Below, piece after piece: positions 39,888 to 50,067 of a stretch of DNA of 64,000 nucleotides. The DNA is from Chloroflexota bacterium (GTDB taxonomy: Bacteria > Chloroflexota > Limnocylindria > Limnocylindrales > CSP1-4). The notes beneath the pieces are model-generated. The model saw only the letters and a program-made list of their open reading frames with translations. It searched no databases and was not told where the DNA came from. The position numbers were made by a program, and so were the translations under genes. The stretch spans positions 5,988 to 69,987 of the forward strand of contig JBJOLT010000015.1 of assembly GCA_046045415.1 (NCBI GenBank), given 5' to 3'. Position 1 is the stretch's first letter, and each line of letters starts with the position of its first letter.

Positions 39888-40946
39888 TCAGGTGCCGGCG
39901 AGGTTCGAGGCCGCCTGCGCGACGACGATGAGGGCGCCGTTGAACGCGGCGTGGAGGCCGATCGCGGCGTAGAGCGACCGGCGGCGGAGGAAGATCCAGC
40001 CGAGGGCGATCGCGACGGGGAGCCGTCCCGCGAAGCCGACGGCGGCGATCCCGACCGCCTCGCCGAACGTCGGGGCGCTGACGGCGATCACGTGGACGAG
40101 CGCGAAGAAGAGTGCCCCCCGGACGAGGGCCGCCCGCTCGCCGATCGCCCGCGCCCAGGCGGTCGTCGCGAAGCCGCGGAAGAAGATCTCCTCGCCGATC
40201 GGCGCGACGATCGCCGCCGTCACGAGGTTCAGCGCGAGGCCGGCCGCGTCGGTCGCCTCGGGGAGCGCGGGCTCCGGGGTCGATCCGACGACGCGGATGA
40301 GGAGGTCGAGGAGGAGTCCGGTGACGAGGACGACCGGCGCCGCGAGGAGCGCACCGGCGAGGAGCTCGCGGAGCGCCCGTCCGGGCGGCACGGCGAGGCC
40401 GATCTCCGACCACGAGAGCGCGCCGGACCCCACGACGAGGAGGCGGACGAGGACGAGGTAGACGACGCCGGTCGCGAGGACGGAGGCGAGCGCCGTCGTC
40501 GGCGAACGCGCCGGGACGCCGGCCGCACCGAGGAGCGCCACGAGGAGGGCGACGAGGAGGAGGGTGAGCGGGATCGTCGCCGCGAAGACGAGGAAGGGCG
40601 ACGGGCCGCGATACGGCGCCGCGCCGCCGTCGCTCCCGTGATCGTCGTCGCCCACCGCATCCGGCGACCCGCGGCGCCGTTCGAGCGCCTGGGAGCCGGC
40701 GCCGCCGAAGAGGCCGAGGCCGAGGAAGAGGAGGCCTGCGAGCAGCAGGCCGCTCGCCGCCGCCCGCCCGCCGGCGAGGAGCGAGACGAGGATCAGGCCG
40801 CCGCCGACGATCGTGAGGAGCCAGGCGACGAGGTAGAGGCCGGGCGCAGCACGGCGGTCGAGGCCGAACGTCGCGCTCCCCGGCGGCCCTGCCCGCGTCG
40901 GCTCGGGCGCGGCTCCGGGCGGCTCCTCGCGGGTCGGGTCGGTCAC
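39888..40946 (-). CDS. CPBP-family intramembrane metalloprotease (CAAX protease-like)
   Basis: EEIFFRG and FALVH motifs with multiple TM segments. The GTG start overlaps the upstream gene's stop (GTGA). Confidence 0.7.
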   Translation of the reverse strand: MTDPTREEPPGAAPEPTRAGPPGSATFGLDRRAAPGLYLVAWLLTIVGGGLILVSLLAGGRAAASGLLLAGLLFLGLGLFGGAGSQALERRRGSPDAVGDDDHGSDGGAAPYRGPSPFLVFAATIPLTLLLVALLVALLGAAGVPARSPTTALASVLATGVVYLVLVRLLVVGSGALSWSEIGLAVPPGRALRELLAGALLAAPVVLVTGLLLDLLIRVVGSTPEPALPEATDAAGLALNLVTAAIVAPIGEEIFFRGFATTAWARAIGERAALVRGALFFALVHVIAVSAPTFGEAVGIAAVGFAGRLPVAIALGWIFLRRRSLYAAIGLHAAFNGALIVVAQAASNLAGT

Positions 40947-41560
40947 CGCTCCGGCAGCGACCCGGTGGCTGCGCTCGCGCTCGGCTGCTTCGACGGCGCG
41001 GTCGCGGACGACGGAGCGCGACCGGCGGCGGCCGGGCCGCCCGCGGTCGCCTCCGACCCGGCCGGTGCCGACTCGCTCGCCCGCTCCCCGAGGTCGCGGC
41101 CGCACCAGGCGCAGAGGAGCCAGTCGGTCGCGACGAGGCGGCTGCACCCCGGGCACGGCCGGCTCAGCCGCACCCGGCAAGAGGGACACGCGATCCAGTC
41201 GTCGCGGACGCGCCGGCGGCAGCGCGGGCAGGACCCCGACGCGTCCACCTCGGCGAGGAGCGCCTCCTGCGCGAGCGTCCGCTCGTAGACGTCGTCCGTC
41301 CGCTCCTGGGGCCGGATCAGCCGGTAGAGGAGGACGGCGGCCGGGAAGAGGATGGGCGTGAAGACGACGATGACGGCCGCGGCGACGTACGGGAGGACGG
41401 CGTTGTCGGTCCGGAGCTGGAGGTCGCGGAAGGCCCAGTACGCGGACGCGAGCCAGAGGACGACCCAGTAGATCGCGAAGGCGCGGATCCCGAGCTGGAC
41501 GATCGGGCTCCCGAGGAAGCCGCCGATCGCGCCGGTGATCCCGTCGATGATGTCGGCCAT
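40943..41560 (-). CDS. Membrane protein with C-terminal double zinc-ribbon (CPRC...CPSC...CPGC...CAWC)
   Basis: Starts MADIIDGITG.., has 2-3 TM segments and four CxxC pairs. Confidence 0.6.
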   Translation of the reverse strand: MADIIDGITGAIGGFLGSPIVQLGIRAFAIYWVVLWLASAYWAFRDLQLRTDNAVLPYVAAAVIVVFTPILFPAAVLLYRLIRPQERTDDVYERTLAQEALLAEVDASGSCPRCRRRVRDDWIACPSCRVRLSRPCPGCSRLVATDWLLCAWCGRDLGERASESAPAGSEATAGGPAAAGRAPSSATAPSKQPSASAATGSLPER

Positions 41561-41618
41561 CGGGTCGTGGGGGCCTCCGTCGCTGCCCCGGCGCGGCGCC
41601 GCGGGGCGGAGCGCGAGT

Positions 41619-42518
41619 CTAGCAGGCGTCCGGCCCGGCTCGGCCGAGGAGCGAGGAGGTCGCGACGACCGCGAGGAGGGCGAGCGAGCCGCCCCACGCC
41701 CCGACGAAGAGAAGGGCGAGCGGGAGGGCGGCGGGACTCCCGATCGCGAGGGCGTCGCCGGCCGCCTCCCAGGCGAACCGCGCGAGCGCGAGCGACGGGA
41801 CGACGAGGAGGGCGGTGCGGGCGGCGTCGCGGAGTCCGCCGCGGACGAGCTCCCCGGGCCGTCGGATCGCCGCGGCGAGGGCGGCCGCGACCGCGCTCCC
41901 GGACCCCGTGCCGTCGACCGCGACCCGCCGGGCGGCGACGCCCCCGAGCCGGCTCGCGAGGAGCCACGCCGCTCCCACGAGGAGGAGGACGTCGGCGGCA
42001 CCCGCCGCGACCCTGAGCGGGAGGGCGACGGCGGGGTCCGATGGGCCGGTCAGCTCCCCGTACGCCACCGCGACGAGCCGGGGCACCGACCATGCGAGGG
42101 CGACGCCGAGCGGGATCGCGAGGAAGGCGCGGACGGCGAGGATCCGGAGCGGGTCGCCGCGCCGGGGAGTGGCGACGGGCACGACCCTCCCGTCGGCTCC
42201 GGCCGCGGTACGGAGGAGGGCGGCCTCGACGACCGCCGCGACGAGTCCCGCGCCGGCGAGCCAGCCGGCGACCCCGAGGACGGCGGACGCGATCGCGCCG
42301 AGCAGGGCGGGCGAGGGGCCGGACGGCGTGATCGCCGTCGGGCCGACGAAGGTGGCGACCCCGACGGACGACGGGAGGACGACGACCGGGAGGAGCGCGA
42401 CCGCGAGCCAGCCGTGGAGGAGCGCGACCGCGAGCGCGGCGGGCCAGAGGTCGCGTCGCGCGAGTGCCGCCCGGAGGCCGAGCGGCCCGCCGCTCATCCG
42501 GGCCGGGCCGTCCCGCAT
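41619..42518 (-). CDS. Hypothetical membrane protein
   Basis: Ala/Leu-rich hydrophobic profile on the gene-dense strand. The opposite frames are R/E/D-rich junk. No family was recognised. Confidence 0.35.
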   Translation of the reverse strand: MRDGPARMSGGPLGLRAALARRDLWPAALAVALLHGWLAVALLPVVVLPSSVGVATFVGPTAITPSGPSPALLGAIASAVLGVAGWLAGAGLVAAVVEAALLRTAAGADGRVVPVATPRRGDPLRILAVRAFLAIPLGVALAWSVPRLVAVAYGELTGPSDPAVALPLRVAAGAADVLLLVGAAWLLASRLGGVAARRVAVDGTGSGSAVAAALAAAIRRPGELVRGGLRDAARTALLVVPSLALARFAWEAAGDALAIGSPAALPLALLFVGAWGGSLALLAVVATSSLLGRAGPDAC

Positions 42519-42525
42519 CCGGACG

Positions 42526-45500
42526 TCACGGGGCGGGGCTGGCGCCGCCGGTCAGCTCGGCGAGCTGGCTGAGCGCCTCCTCGACGAGCGCGATCTCGCT
42601 CCCGTACGTGGCGAAGTCGCCGCGGCGGAGCGCCGCCTGCGCGAGCTCGAAGTGAAGGTTCGCGTACTCGATGAGCGCCGCGACGTCGCCGGTCGGCGGG
42701 GTCGGCGCGGGGCTCCCGCCCGGCGCCGGCGTCGGGGTCGGCGTCGCACCGCCCGAGCCGCCCGAGCCGCCCGAACCCCCGGAGCCGCCGGTCCCGTTCG
42801 AGGCGAGCTGCGCCTCGAGGGCCTCCTCGAGCGTGTCGCCCCAGACGACGGTCGTCGAGGTCGCGATGATCACCTTCTGGAGCTCGGGGAAGGCGGAACT
42901 CGTCGACTGCAGGTAGATCGGCTGGAGGTAGATGAGCGAGTCCTGGATCGGCATGACGATCAGGTTCCCGCGGATCACCCGGCTCCCGGCCTGGCTCCAG
43001 AGGCTGATCTGCGCGCTGATCGTCGGATCGGCGTCGATCCGCGCCTCGATCTGGTTCGGGCCGAGGACCGACGTGTTCTCCGGGAACTTGTGGACCCGGA
43101 CCTCGCCGTACGCCTCGCCGTCGTTCCGGGCCGCGATCCACGCGATCATGTTCGGCCGCCGCTGCGGGACCATCGGCTGGAGGAGGAGGAACTCGGTCGC
43201 GGTCTCCCCGGGCATCCGCATCTGGACGTAGTACGCCTCGGCGGGGAGCGTCTGGTCGCTCCCCGAGTCGACCGGGACGGTCCAGAGGTCCTCGCGGTTG
43301 TAGAAGGCGGCCGGGTCGCTCACGTGGTAGGTGGCGTAGAGGCGCGTCTGGACGTTGAAGAGCTCCTCCGGGTAGCGGACGTGCGAGCGGAGATCCTCGG
43401 GGAGCTCGTCGAGCGGCCGGAAGAGCGTCGGGAAGACGCCGCCGTAGGCCCGGACGAGCGGGTCGTCGGTGTCCGCGACGTAGAAGCTCATCGTCCCGTC
43501 GTACGCGTCCATGACGACCTTCACGGAGTTCCGGATGTAGTTGAACGGAAGGTCGCCGAGCCCGGTCCCGGGGAGTTCGAGCGGATCGAAGCGCTGGGCG
43601 TTCGGGAAGCGGTCGCTCACGGAGTAGGCGTCCTGGATCCAGACGAGCCGGCCGTCCTCGCGGATGACGAGGTACGGATCCTTGTCGTACCGGAGGAAGG
43701 GGGCGACGAGCCGGAGCCGCTCCTCGAGCGATCGGTGGAAGAGGATCTGGCTCTCCGAGGTGACCTGGTCGCTGATGAAGAGGTTCAGGTCGCGGAAGCG
43801 CGCGGCGAAGAGGAGCCGCGTCAGCGTGTTGTCGATGCGGACGCCGGTCGTGCCGGTCCAGCGGGTCTGCTGCCCGAGCCCGGCCGAGCCGCCCTCCGCG
43901 TCGCTCCCGACCGGGTAGTCGAACTCGCTCTGGCGGGCGCCGACGAGGACCCAGTCGCTCGGGCGCTCGCCGAAGTAGATCCGGAACTGGTCGATCGACG
44001 GCGCGCCGTCGACGGAGACGGGCGGGAGATCCTTGACGTAGAGGTTCGGCTGGCCGCTCTGCGTCGCCTCGTTCACCGGGACGAGGACCGCCCCGACGCC
44101 GTGCGTGAAGGTGATCTTCTGGTTGACCCACGAGTTCGCCTGCGGGTTCTTCTCGGGGGCGAGCTCGCGCGCCGAGAGCATCACCTGGCGCTGCTCGCCG
44201 TCGATCAGATAGCGGTCCGTGTCGACGTCGACGAACTCGTAGTACTGGCGGACCGTCTGGACCTGGTCGATGACGTCGCGGAGCGGCCGGTAGTCCCAGA
44301 CGCGGGCGCTCCGGAAGGTCTCGTCCTCGGCGGCGACGCTCGCCGCGGTGAGGGGCGCCTCGCCGCCGTAGTCGACCTGGCGCCAGTCGTCGAGGTCGTA
44401 GGCGAGCCGCGTCATCTCGATGTTGTTCCGGATGTACGGCTGCTCCTGGGCGAACTGGTTCGGGACGACGGTGAAGCGCTGGATGAACTCCGGGTAGAGC
44501 GTCCCGAGGACGACGGATGCGCCGAGCCAGATCGCGACCGTCATCGCGAGCGGCCAGACCATGTTCGTGAAGGCGCCGCCGACGAGGAACGCGGCGGCGA
44601 GCGCTGCGATCGCCGTGAGGACGTCGAGGCCGAGGAAGCGGGCGTTCGCGTCCGTGTAGCTGACGCCGGTGGCGACGCCCTGGGCGCCGTAGACGAGCTC
44701 GTACTTGTCGAGCTGGTACCCGGCGGCGACCGAGAGGAGGTAGAGGCCGGCGAGGACGCCGATGTGGACCCGGATCGGCGTCGTGGGGCGGAGGTCACCG
44801 CGGAGCCCCGCGAGGAGGTACCGGGCGCCGGCGACGATGAGCGCGCCGACGACGAGCCCGTTGAGGACCGACTGGACGAGCCGGAGGAACGGGAGGTCGA
44901 AGAGGAAGAACGAGATGTCCTGCCCGAAGACCGGGTCCGGGGCGGCCGCACCGGCGGCGTCGAACGGGACGCGGTTGAGGTAGAGCTGGATCGTCTCCCA
45001 CGACCCGGCGGCCGCGGCGCCGATCCCGAGCGCGAGGAGGAGCGAGAGGCCGACGATGAGCGGGATCCCGACCGGCCCGAGATCGGGCATCGAGGCGCCC
45101 GGCGTCACGTCGCGGGCCCCGCCCGACCGGGCCCGGTAGCGGTCGTCGCCCTGACCGGAGACGGTCCAGCCGCGCTCCCCGGCGGCGGCCGCCTCGTTCA
45201 TCCGGTCGATGAGGCGGGCGAGGGTCCCGCGGCCGTCCGGATCCGGCGGCGGGCCGAGCCGACCGGCGACCCAGAGGTTCCCGAGCAGGAAGAGGAGCGC
45301 GACGGCGAGGGCGGCGGCGAAGAGGATCAGCTGCGTCCCGACGCGGGTCCAGAAGACGTCGTCGTAGCCGACGCTCGTGAACCAGATCGCGTCGGTCCAG
45401 AGGTCGAGGACGAAGCCGCCGAGGAGGAAGACGAGGAAGGCGACCCCGGCGACGACGGTGAGGGAGACCTGGCGGACGGCGCCGATCCCGGCGCCGTCGT

Positions 45501-45717
45501 TCGGTCCGCCGGCGCCCCGGCGCGGCGGGCGCGGCCCGGACCCGCCGGGTCCGTCGGCGCGGGGCCGCCGGATCGGCTCCGGCTCGTCGTCCGCGTCCCG
45601 GTCGCCGGGGTCGCGCGGACCGCTCTCGCCGGGCGGCCGCTCGCCGCGGGCCATCGCGGCCTCGGCTTCCTGGCGGCGCCGCAGCTCTTCCATGAACTCG
45701 CCGAAGAGGTCCTTCAT
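42526..45717 (-). CDS. UPF0182-family large integral membrane protein
   Basis: 1063 aa. The architecture and conserved blocks are typical of actinobacterial UPF0182 proteins. There is a C-terminal GGS/PT-rich linker. Confidence 0.8.
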   Translation of the reverse strand: MKDLFGEFMEELRRRQEAEAAMARGERPPGESGPRDPGDRDADDEPEPIRRPRADGPGGSGPRPPRRGAGGPNDGAGIGAVRQVSLTVVAGVAFLVFLLGGFVLDLWTDAIWFTSVGYDDVFWTRVGTQLILFAAALAVALLFLLGNLWVAGRLGPPPDPDGRGTLARLIDRMNEAAAAGERGWTVSGQGDDRYRARSGGARDVTPGASMPDLGPVGIPLIVGLSLLLALGIGAAAAGSWETIQLYLNRVPFDAAGAAAPDPVFGQDISFFLFDLPFLRLVQSVLNGLVVGALIVAGARYLLAGLRGDLRPTTPIRVHIGVLAGLYLLSVAAGYQLDKYELVYGAQGVATGVSYTDANARFLGLDVLTAIAALAAAFLVGGAFTNMVWPLAMTVAIWLGASVVLGTLYPEFIQRFTVVPNQFAQEQPYIRNNIEMTRLAYDLDDWRQVDYGGEAPLTAASVAAEDETFRSARVWDYRPLRDVIDQVQTVRQYYEFVDVDTDRYLIDGEQRQVMLSARELAPEKNPQANSWVNQKITFTHGVGAVLVPVNEATQSGQPNLYVKDLPPVSVDGAPSIDQFRIYFGERPSDWVLVGARQSEFDYPVGSDAEGGSAGLGQQTRWTGTTGVRIDNTLTRLLFAARFRDLNLFISDQVTSESQILFHRSLEERLRLVAPFLRYDKDPYLVIREDGRLVWIQDAYSVSDRFPNAQRFDPLELPGTGLGDLPFNYIRNSVKVVMDAYDGTMSFYVADTDDPLVRAYGGVFPTLFRPLDELPEDLRSHVRYPEELFNVQTRLYATYHVSDPAAFYNREDLWTVPVDSGSDQTLPAEAYYVQMRMPGETATEFLLLQPMVPQRRPNMIAWIAARNDGEAYGEVRVHKFPENTSVLGPNQIEARIDADPTISAQISLWSQAGSRVIRGNLIVMPIQDSLIYLQPIYLQSTSSAFPELQKVIIATSTTVVWGDTLEEALEAQLASNGTGGSGGSGGSGGSGGATPTPTPAPGGSPAPTPPTGDVAALIEYANLHFELAQAALRRGDFATYGSEIALVEEALSQLAELTGGASPAP
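42749..42795. repeat. Tandem 9-nt repeat (cccgagccg x3-4) encoding a (GGS)n linker in the UPF0182 protein
   Basis: Seen directly in the sequence. It translates to GGSGGSGGSGGSGG followed by a PT-rich stretch. Confidence 0.5.
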
Positions 45718-45799
45718 CGTCTCGCGATCTCTCGTGGGCGGTGGGACTCAGGGGTCGAGGGGGTCGGGCGTCTGGGAGGAAGCGTACGACGAATCCCGT

Positions 45800-46255
45800 T
45801 CAGGGGCTGCCGAGCCGCTCCGCCGCACGCCGGAACCCGTCGAGCGCGGTCGCCGCGAGCTCCGACGGCTCCATCGTCGCGGCCCGCATCGGCTCCCAGC
45901 GGAAGCCCGCGACGACGATCGCGGGCGCGGTCCACGGGCGCCCCTCGTCCTCCGGGGCGACGCCGAGCCGGAGGCGGATCATCTGCCGTCCGCCCTCCTC
46001 GAGGATCATCCCGGAGAGGGCGCCCGCGAGCGCCGGGCCGAGCCGGGCGAGCGGCGGGTCGGCGGGCGGGCCGGAGCGCGGCGCGAGGGCGCGGAGCGGG
46101 ACGATCCCCGCGTCGTCGGCGACCCAGAGGAGCGCGAGCCACCAGCCCTCGAGGTCGCGGACCTCCGAGACCCCGGCGCGGAGCGTCCCGCCGGGGGCGC
46201 GGACCTCGACCTCGGGGGCGACCGAGCTCCCGGGGACCGCGAGCCGGTCGCTCAT
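45800..46255 (-). CDS. Hypothetical protein (152 aa)
   Basis: Non-R-rich part of a longer ORF ([11 protein letters not shown]...). ATGA overlap with the upstream small gene. Confidence 0.4.
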   Translation of the reverse strand: MSDRLAVPGSSVAPEVEVRAPGGTLRAGVSEVRDLEGWWLALLWVADDAGIVPLRALAPRSGPPADPPLARLGPALAGALSGMILEEGGRQMIRLRLGVAPEDEGRPWTAPAIVVAGFRWEPMRAATMEPSELAATALDGFRRAAERLGSP

Positions 46256-46500
46256 CGGCGCCCGGACCGGTCCTCCTCGCCCTCGTCGGTCCCGATCAGG
46301 AGGCGGAGGAGGAGGCCGCGGCGCGGCCGGGGACGCTCGGGGAGGGCGACGGTCGTGACGCCGGGGATCGGCGGGAGCTCGTCCTCTGCGGCGCCCGGCT
46401 TCGGGAGCGTCGCGCCGCACGACGGACAGACGGCGGCCGACTTCGCCCGCGACGCCTTCGGGAGCGGCTCCGAGCACCAGGGGCAGGCGGTCACTCCCAT
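46252..46500 (-). CDS. Small zinc-ribbon protein (83 aa, CPWC...CPSC)
   Basis: Starts [14 protein letters not shown]...CPSCG. It overlaps the guaA stop by 10 nt. Confidence 0.45.
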   Translation of the reverse strand: MGVTACPWCSEPLPKASRAKSAAVCPSCGATLPKPGAAEDELPPIPGVTTVALPERPRPRRGLLLRLLIGTDEGEEDRSGRR

Positions 46501-48236
46501 TCGATCGTCGCCGGCGGCTTCGAGCTGATGTCGTAGACGACGCGGTTCACGCCGGGCACCTCGTTCACGATCCGGGCGGAGATCCGCCCGAGGACGTCGT
46601 ACGGGAGCTTCGCCCAGTCGGCGGTCATCCCGTCCTCGGAGGTGACGGCGCGGATCGCGACGACGTTCGCGTAGGTGCGGCCGTCGCCCATGACGCCGAC
46701 GGAGCGGACCGGGGTGAGGATCGCGAACGACTGCCAGACGCTCCGGTAGAGGCCGGCCGCCTTGATCTCGTCGATCACGATCCAATCCGCCTCGCGGAGC
46801 GTGTCGAGCCGCTCGGCGGTCACCTCGCCGATGATCCGGATCGCGAGGCCGGGGCCGGGGAAGGGCTGGCGCTGGACCATCGCCTCCGGGAGCCCGAGCT
46901 CCAGCCCGACGACCCGGACCTCGTCCTTGAAGAGGTACCGGAGCGGCTCGATCAGCTGGAACCGGAGGTCCGCCGGGAGGCCGCCGACGTTGTGGTGCGT
47001 CTTGATCTTCTGGGCGGTCTTCGTGTCCGAGGTGGCCGACTCGATCACGTCTGGGTAGAGGGTCCCCTGGGTGAGGAAGTCGATCCGCCCGAGCTTCGTC
47101 GCCTCCTCCTCGAAGACGCGGATGAACTCGTCGCCGATGATCCGGCGCTTCTGCTCCGGGTCGATGACCCCCGCGAGCCGGGCGAGGAAGCGCTCCCGCG
47201 CGTCGACCATCACGAGCCGCATCCCGAGGTTCGCCTCGAAGGTCGCGCGGAGGAGCTCCGACTCCTTCTTCCGCATCAGCCCGTGGTCGACGTAGATGCA
47301 CGTGAGCCGGTCGCCGACCGCGCGATGGACGAGCGCCGCCGCGACCGCCGAGTCCACCCCGCCGGAGAGCGCGCAGATCACCTTCCCGTCGGAGCCGGTG
47401 GACGCGGCGTGCCCGTCGACCCGGTCGCGGATCTCCGCGACGGTCGTCTCGATGAAGTTCGCCGGGGTCCACGCGGGGGCGATCCGGGCGATCCCGGTCA
47501 CGAAGTTGCGGAGGAGGTCCTTGCCGCGCGGCGTGTGGACGACCTCGGGGTGGAACTGGATCCCGTAGAGGCGCCGGTCCGGGGCGGCGAGCCCCGCGTA
47601 CGGCGTCGAGTCGGTCTGGGCGGTCGCGACGAAGCCCTCGGGGAGCCGGGTGATCGAGTCGCCGTGGCTCATCCAGACCGGCTGATCCCGCTCGAGCCCG
47701 GCGAAGAGCGCGTCCGACTCGCTCGTCACGTGGACCGACGCCGGCCCGTACTCGCGCTTCGCGGAGGCGGCGACCTCGCCGCCGAGCTCGCGCGCCATCA
47801 GCTGCGCGCCGTAGCAGATCCCGAGGACCGGGAGCCGGCCGCCCCAGATCGAGGCGTGCGGCCGCGGCGCCCCGGCGTCGTAGACGGAGTTCGGGCCGCC
47901 GGAGAGGATCACCGCGCGGACGCCGCGTCGCTCGAGCTCGTCGACCGGCGTGTCGTGCGGGAGGAGCTCGGAGTAGACGTTCAGCTCGCGGACCCGGCGG
48001 GCGATCAGCTGCGCGAACTGGCTCCCGAAGTCGAGGACGGCGACGACGCCCGGCTCCGGGACGATCGCGGCCGTCGGCGGCGGGTCCGACGGCGCCCGCG
48101 ACGGCGCGGGCGCATCGAGCGCGACCTCGAGATAGGCCTCGACCTCCGCGTCGTCGGGCGCGAGGACCCGGTGCCCGGCGTTCGCCGCGTCGCCGTGGAC
48201 GGTCTTCCCGCGCTCGGTCCTCCCGCGCTCGGTCAC
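46491..48236 (-). CDS. guaA: GMP synthase (glutamine-hydrolysing)
   Basis: GATase1 domain (GICYGAQ) plus an ATP-PPase domain (SGGVDS). The N-terminal ~50 aa are probably extension. Confidence 0.9.
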   Translation of the reverse strand: MTERGRTERGKTVHGDAANAGHRVLAPDDAEVEAYLEVALDAPAPSRAPSDPPPTAAIVPEPGVVAVLDFGSQFAQLIARRVRELNVYSELLPHDTPVDELERRGVRAVILSGGPNSVYDAGAPRPHASIWGGRLPVLGICYGAQLMARELGGEVAASAKREYGPASVHVTSESDALFAGLERDQPVWMSHGDSITRLPEGFVATAQTDSTPYAGLAAPDRRLYGIQFHPEVVHTPRGKDLLRNFVTGIARIAPAWTPANFIETTVAEIRDRVDGHAASTGSDGKVICALSGGVDSAVAAALVHRAVGDRLTCIYVDHGLMRKKESELLRATFEANLGMRLVMVDARERFLARLAGVIDPEQKRRIIGDEFIRVFEEEATKLGRIDFLTQGTLYPDVIESATSDTKTAQKIKTHHNVGGLPADLRFQLIEPLRYLFKDEVRVVGLELGLPEAMVQRQPFPGPGLAIRIIGEVTAERLDTLREADWIVIDEIKAAGLYRSVWQSFAILTPVRSVGVMGDGRTYANVVAIRAVTSEDGMTADWAKLPYDVLGRISARIVNEVPGVNRVVYDISSKPPATIEWE

Positions 48237-48294
48237 GCTCGATCGATCCTCCGTCGGCCGCGTCCACCCCGTCCGCGACAGTCTATCGGTGGGC

Positions 48295-48717
48295 TCACGA
48301 CCGGTTCCGCATCGCCTCGGCGGCCATCGCGAGGTAGCCGTCGATCCGCTCGACGACGACCGGCGGCGTCCCGAGCTCGGCCGCCGTCACGGCGAGCGAG
48401 GCGCGCATCGCCTCGAGCCAGTGGTCGCGCTCCTCCGGCCCGATCGGGAACTCGAAGTGACGCGCTCGGAGGCGGGGGTGGCCGCGCTCGGCGGAGTAGG
48501 TCGTCGGGCCGCCCCAGTACTGGGCGAGGAAGAGGGTGAGGCGGCGTCGGGCGGGGCCGAGGTCATCCCGCTCGGGGTAGAGGCGAAGGAGGACCTCGTC
48601 GGTCGCCACCCGATCGTAGAAGCCGTCGACGAGCCGCTCGAAGAACGGCATCCCGCCGGCGGCCTCGAAGACGCTCGTCTCGTCGTCGGCTCCGGCGGCG
48701 GCCGGTTCGCTCGTCAC
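48295..48717 (-). CDS. Group II truncated haemoglobin (trHbO/GlbO-like)
   Basis: Aligns to GlbO ([41 protein letters not shown]). A GTG start was chosen. Confidence 0.75.
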   Translation of the reverse strand: MTSEPAAAGADDETSVFEAAGGMPFFERLVDGFYDRVATDEVLLRLYPERDDLGPARRRLTLFLAQYWGGPTTYSAERGHPRLRARHFEFPIGPEERDHWLEAMRASLAVTAAELGTPPVVVERIDGYLAMAAEAMRNRS

Positions 48718-48727
48718 GGGTCCCGGG

Positions 48728-49969
48728 TCAGCCGCCGCGCTGCCAGCTCTTCCCCTCGGTCTGCACCGACGGGGCATGGACGATCTCGACCGCCTGCATC
48801 TCGCGGAGCGTGCGGGCCCCGAGGGCGGCCATCGACTGGCGGAGCGCGCCGACGAGGTTCTCGGAGCCGTCGGTGACGCGCGCCGGGCCGAAGAGGATCC
48901 GCTCGAGGCTCCCGACCGTCCCGACCGAGATCCGCGTCCCGCGCGGGAGCGTCGGCGACGGGGCGGCCATCCCCCAGTTCGTCCCCCGGCCGGGCGCCTC
49001 CTCGGCGCGGGCGAGCGGCGAGCCGAGCATCACCGCATCCGCTCCGGCGGCGATCGCCTTCGCCAGCTCGCCGCCCCGGCGCATCCCGCCGTCGGCGACG
49101 ACCGGGACGTACCGGCCGGTCTCCTTCATGTACGCGTCGCGCGCGGCGGCGACGTCGGCGATCGCGGTGACCTGCGGGACGCCGATCCCGAGGACCTCGC
49201 GCGTCGTGCACGCGGCCCCGGGCCCGACGCCGACGAAGACCGCGGCGGCGCCCTGCTCCATGAGGGCGAACGCCGCTTCCGCGTTCGTCGTGTTCCCGAC
49301 CGCGACCGGGATCGGCATGAAGCGGGTGAAGTCGCCGAGCTCGAGCGGCTCGTAGCCGGTCGCGAGGTGGCGGGCGCTGCTCACCTGGCTCTGGACGAGG
49401 AAGAGGTCGGCGCCGTGCTCGGCGCAGAAGGGACCCCACCGTCGGGCCGCGGCGGGGGTGGCGGCCACCGCGACCTTCGAGCCGGCGTCGCGGATCGCGG
49501 CGAGGCGTCGGGCGACGAGCTCCTCCTGAAGAGGCTCGGCGTATGCCGCCGCGAGCAGCCCCTGGACCTCGTCCTTCGGCGCGGCCGCGATCCGGGCGAG
49601 GACGGCGTCGGGGTCGGGGAAGCGACCCTGGACGCCCTCGAGGTTGAGGACCGCGAGCCCGCCGAGGCGGGCGAGCTCGCCGGCGAGCCGCGCGTCGACG
49701 ACGGCGTCCATCGCGGCGGCGAGGACCGGGATCGCGAGCGGGATCCCGGCGAAGACCTGGGAGAGGTCGACGTCGCCGGGCTCGACCGTGCTCGTTCCGG
49801 GAGCGAGCGAGACGTCCTCGAAGCCGTAGGTCGGGCGGATCGCATCGACCTTCGAGCGGAAGACCCGCCGGGCCGCGGGATCGGTCGCCGAGACCGGGAC
49901 GCCTCTTCCGTGCTGCAACGCGGCCCTCCAGGGTTGCCGGCGCTGCCGGCGGGGGTGAGCGGGTTGCAC
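48728..49969 (-). CDS. IMP dehydrogenase-family protein GuaB3 type (no CBS domains)
   Basis: Aligns along its length to the mycobacterial GuaB3 family (TIM barrel, GVGPGAACTTREVLGIGVPQ). Confidence 0.8.
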   Translation of the reverse strand: MQPAHPRRQRRQPWRAALQHGRGVPVSATDPAARRVFRSKVDAIRPTYGFEDVSLAPGTSTVEPGDVDLSQVFAGIPLAIPVLAAAMDAVVDARLAGELARLGGLAVLNLEGVQGRFPDPDAVLARIAAAPKDEVQGLLAAAYAEPLQEELVARRLAAIRDAGSKVAVAATPAAARRWGPFCAEHGADLFLVQSQVSSARHLATGYEPLELGDFTRFMPIPVAVGNTTNAEAAFALMEQGAAAVFVGVGPGAACTTREVLGIGVPQVTAIADVAAARDAYMKETGRYVPVVADGGMRRGGELAKAIAAGADAVMLGSPLARAEEAPGRGTNWGMAAPSPTLPRGTRISVGTVGSLERILFGPARVTDGSENLVGALRQSMAALGARTLREMQAVEIVHAPSVQTEGKSWQRGG

Positions 49970-50067
49970 GCCAGTCTACAGCGGCGCCGCGGAGGCGGCC
50001 GGATCGACGACCCCGATCGACGTGCCGCACCGGCGTCCGGCCGCGCCGCGCAGCCGTGGCGCGTCCC

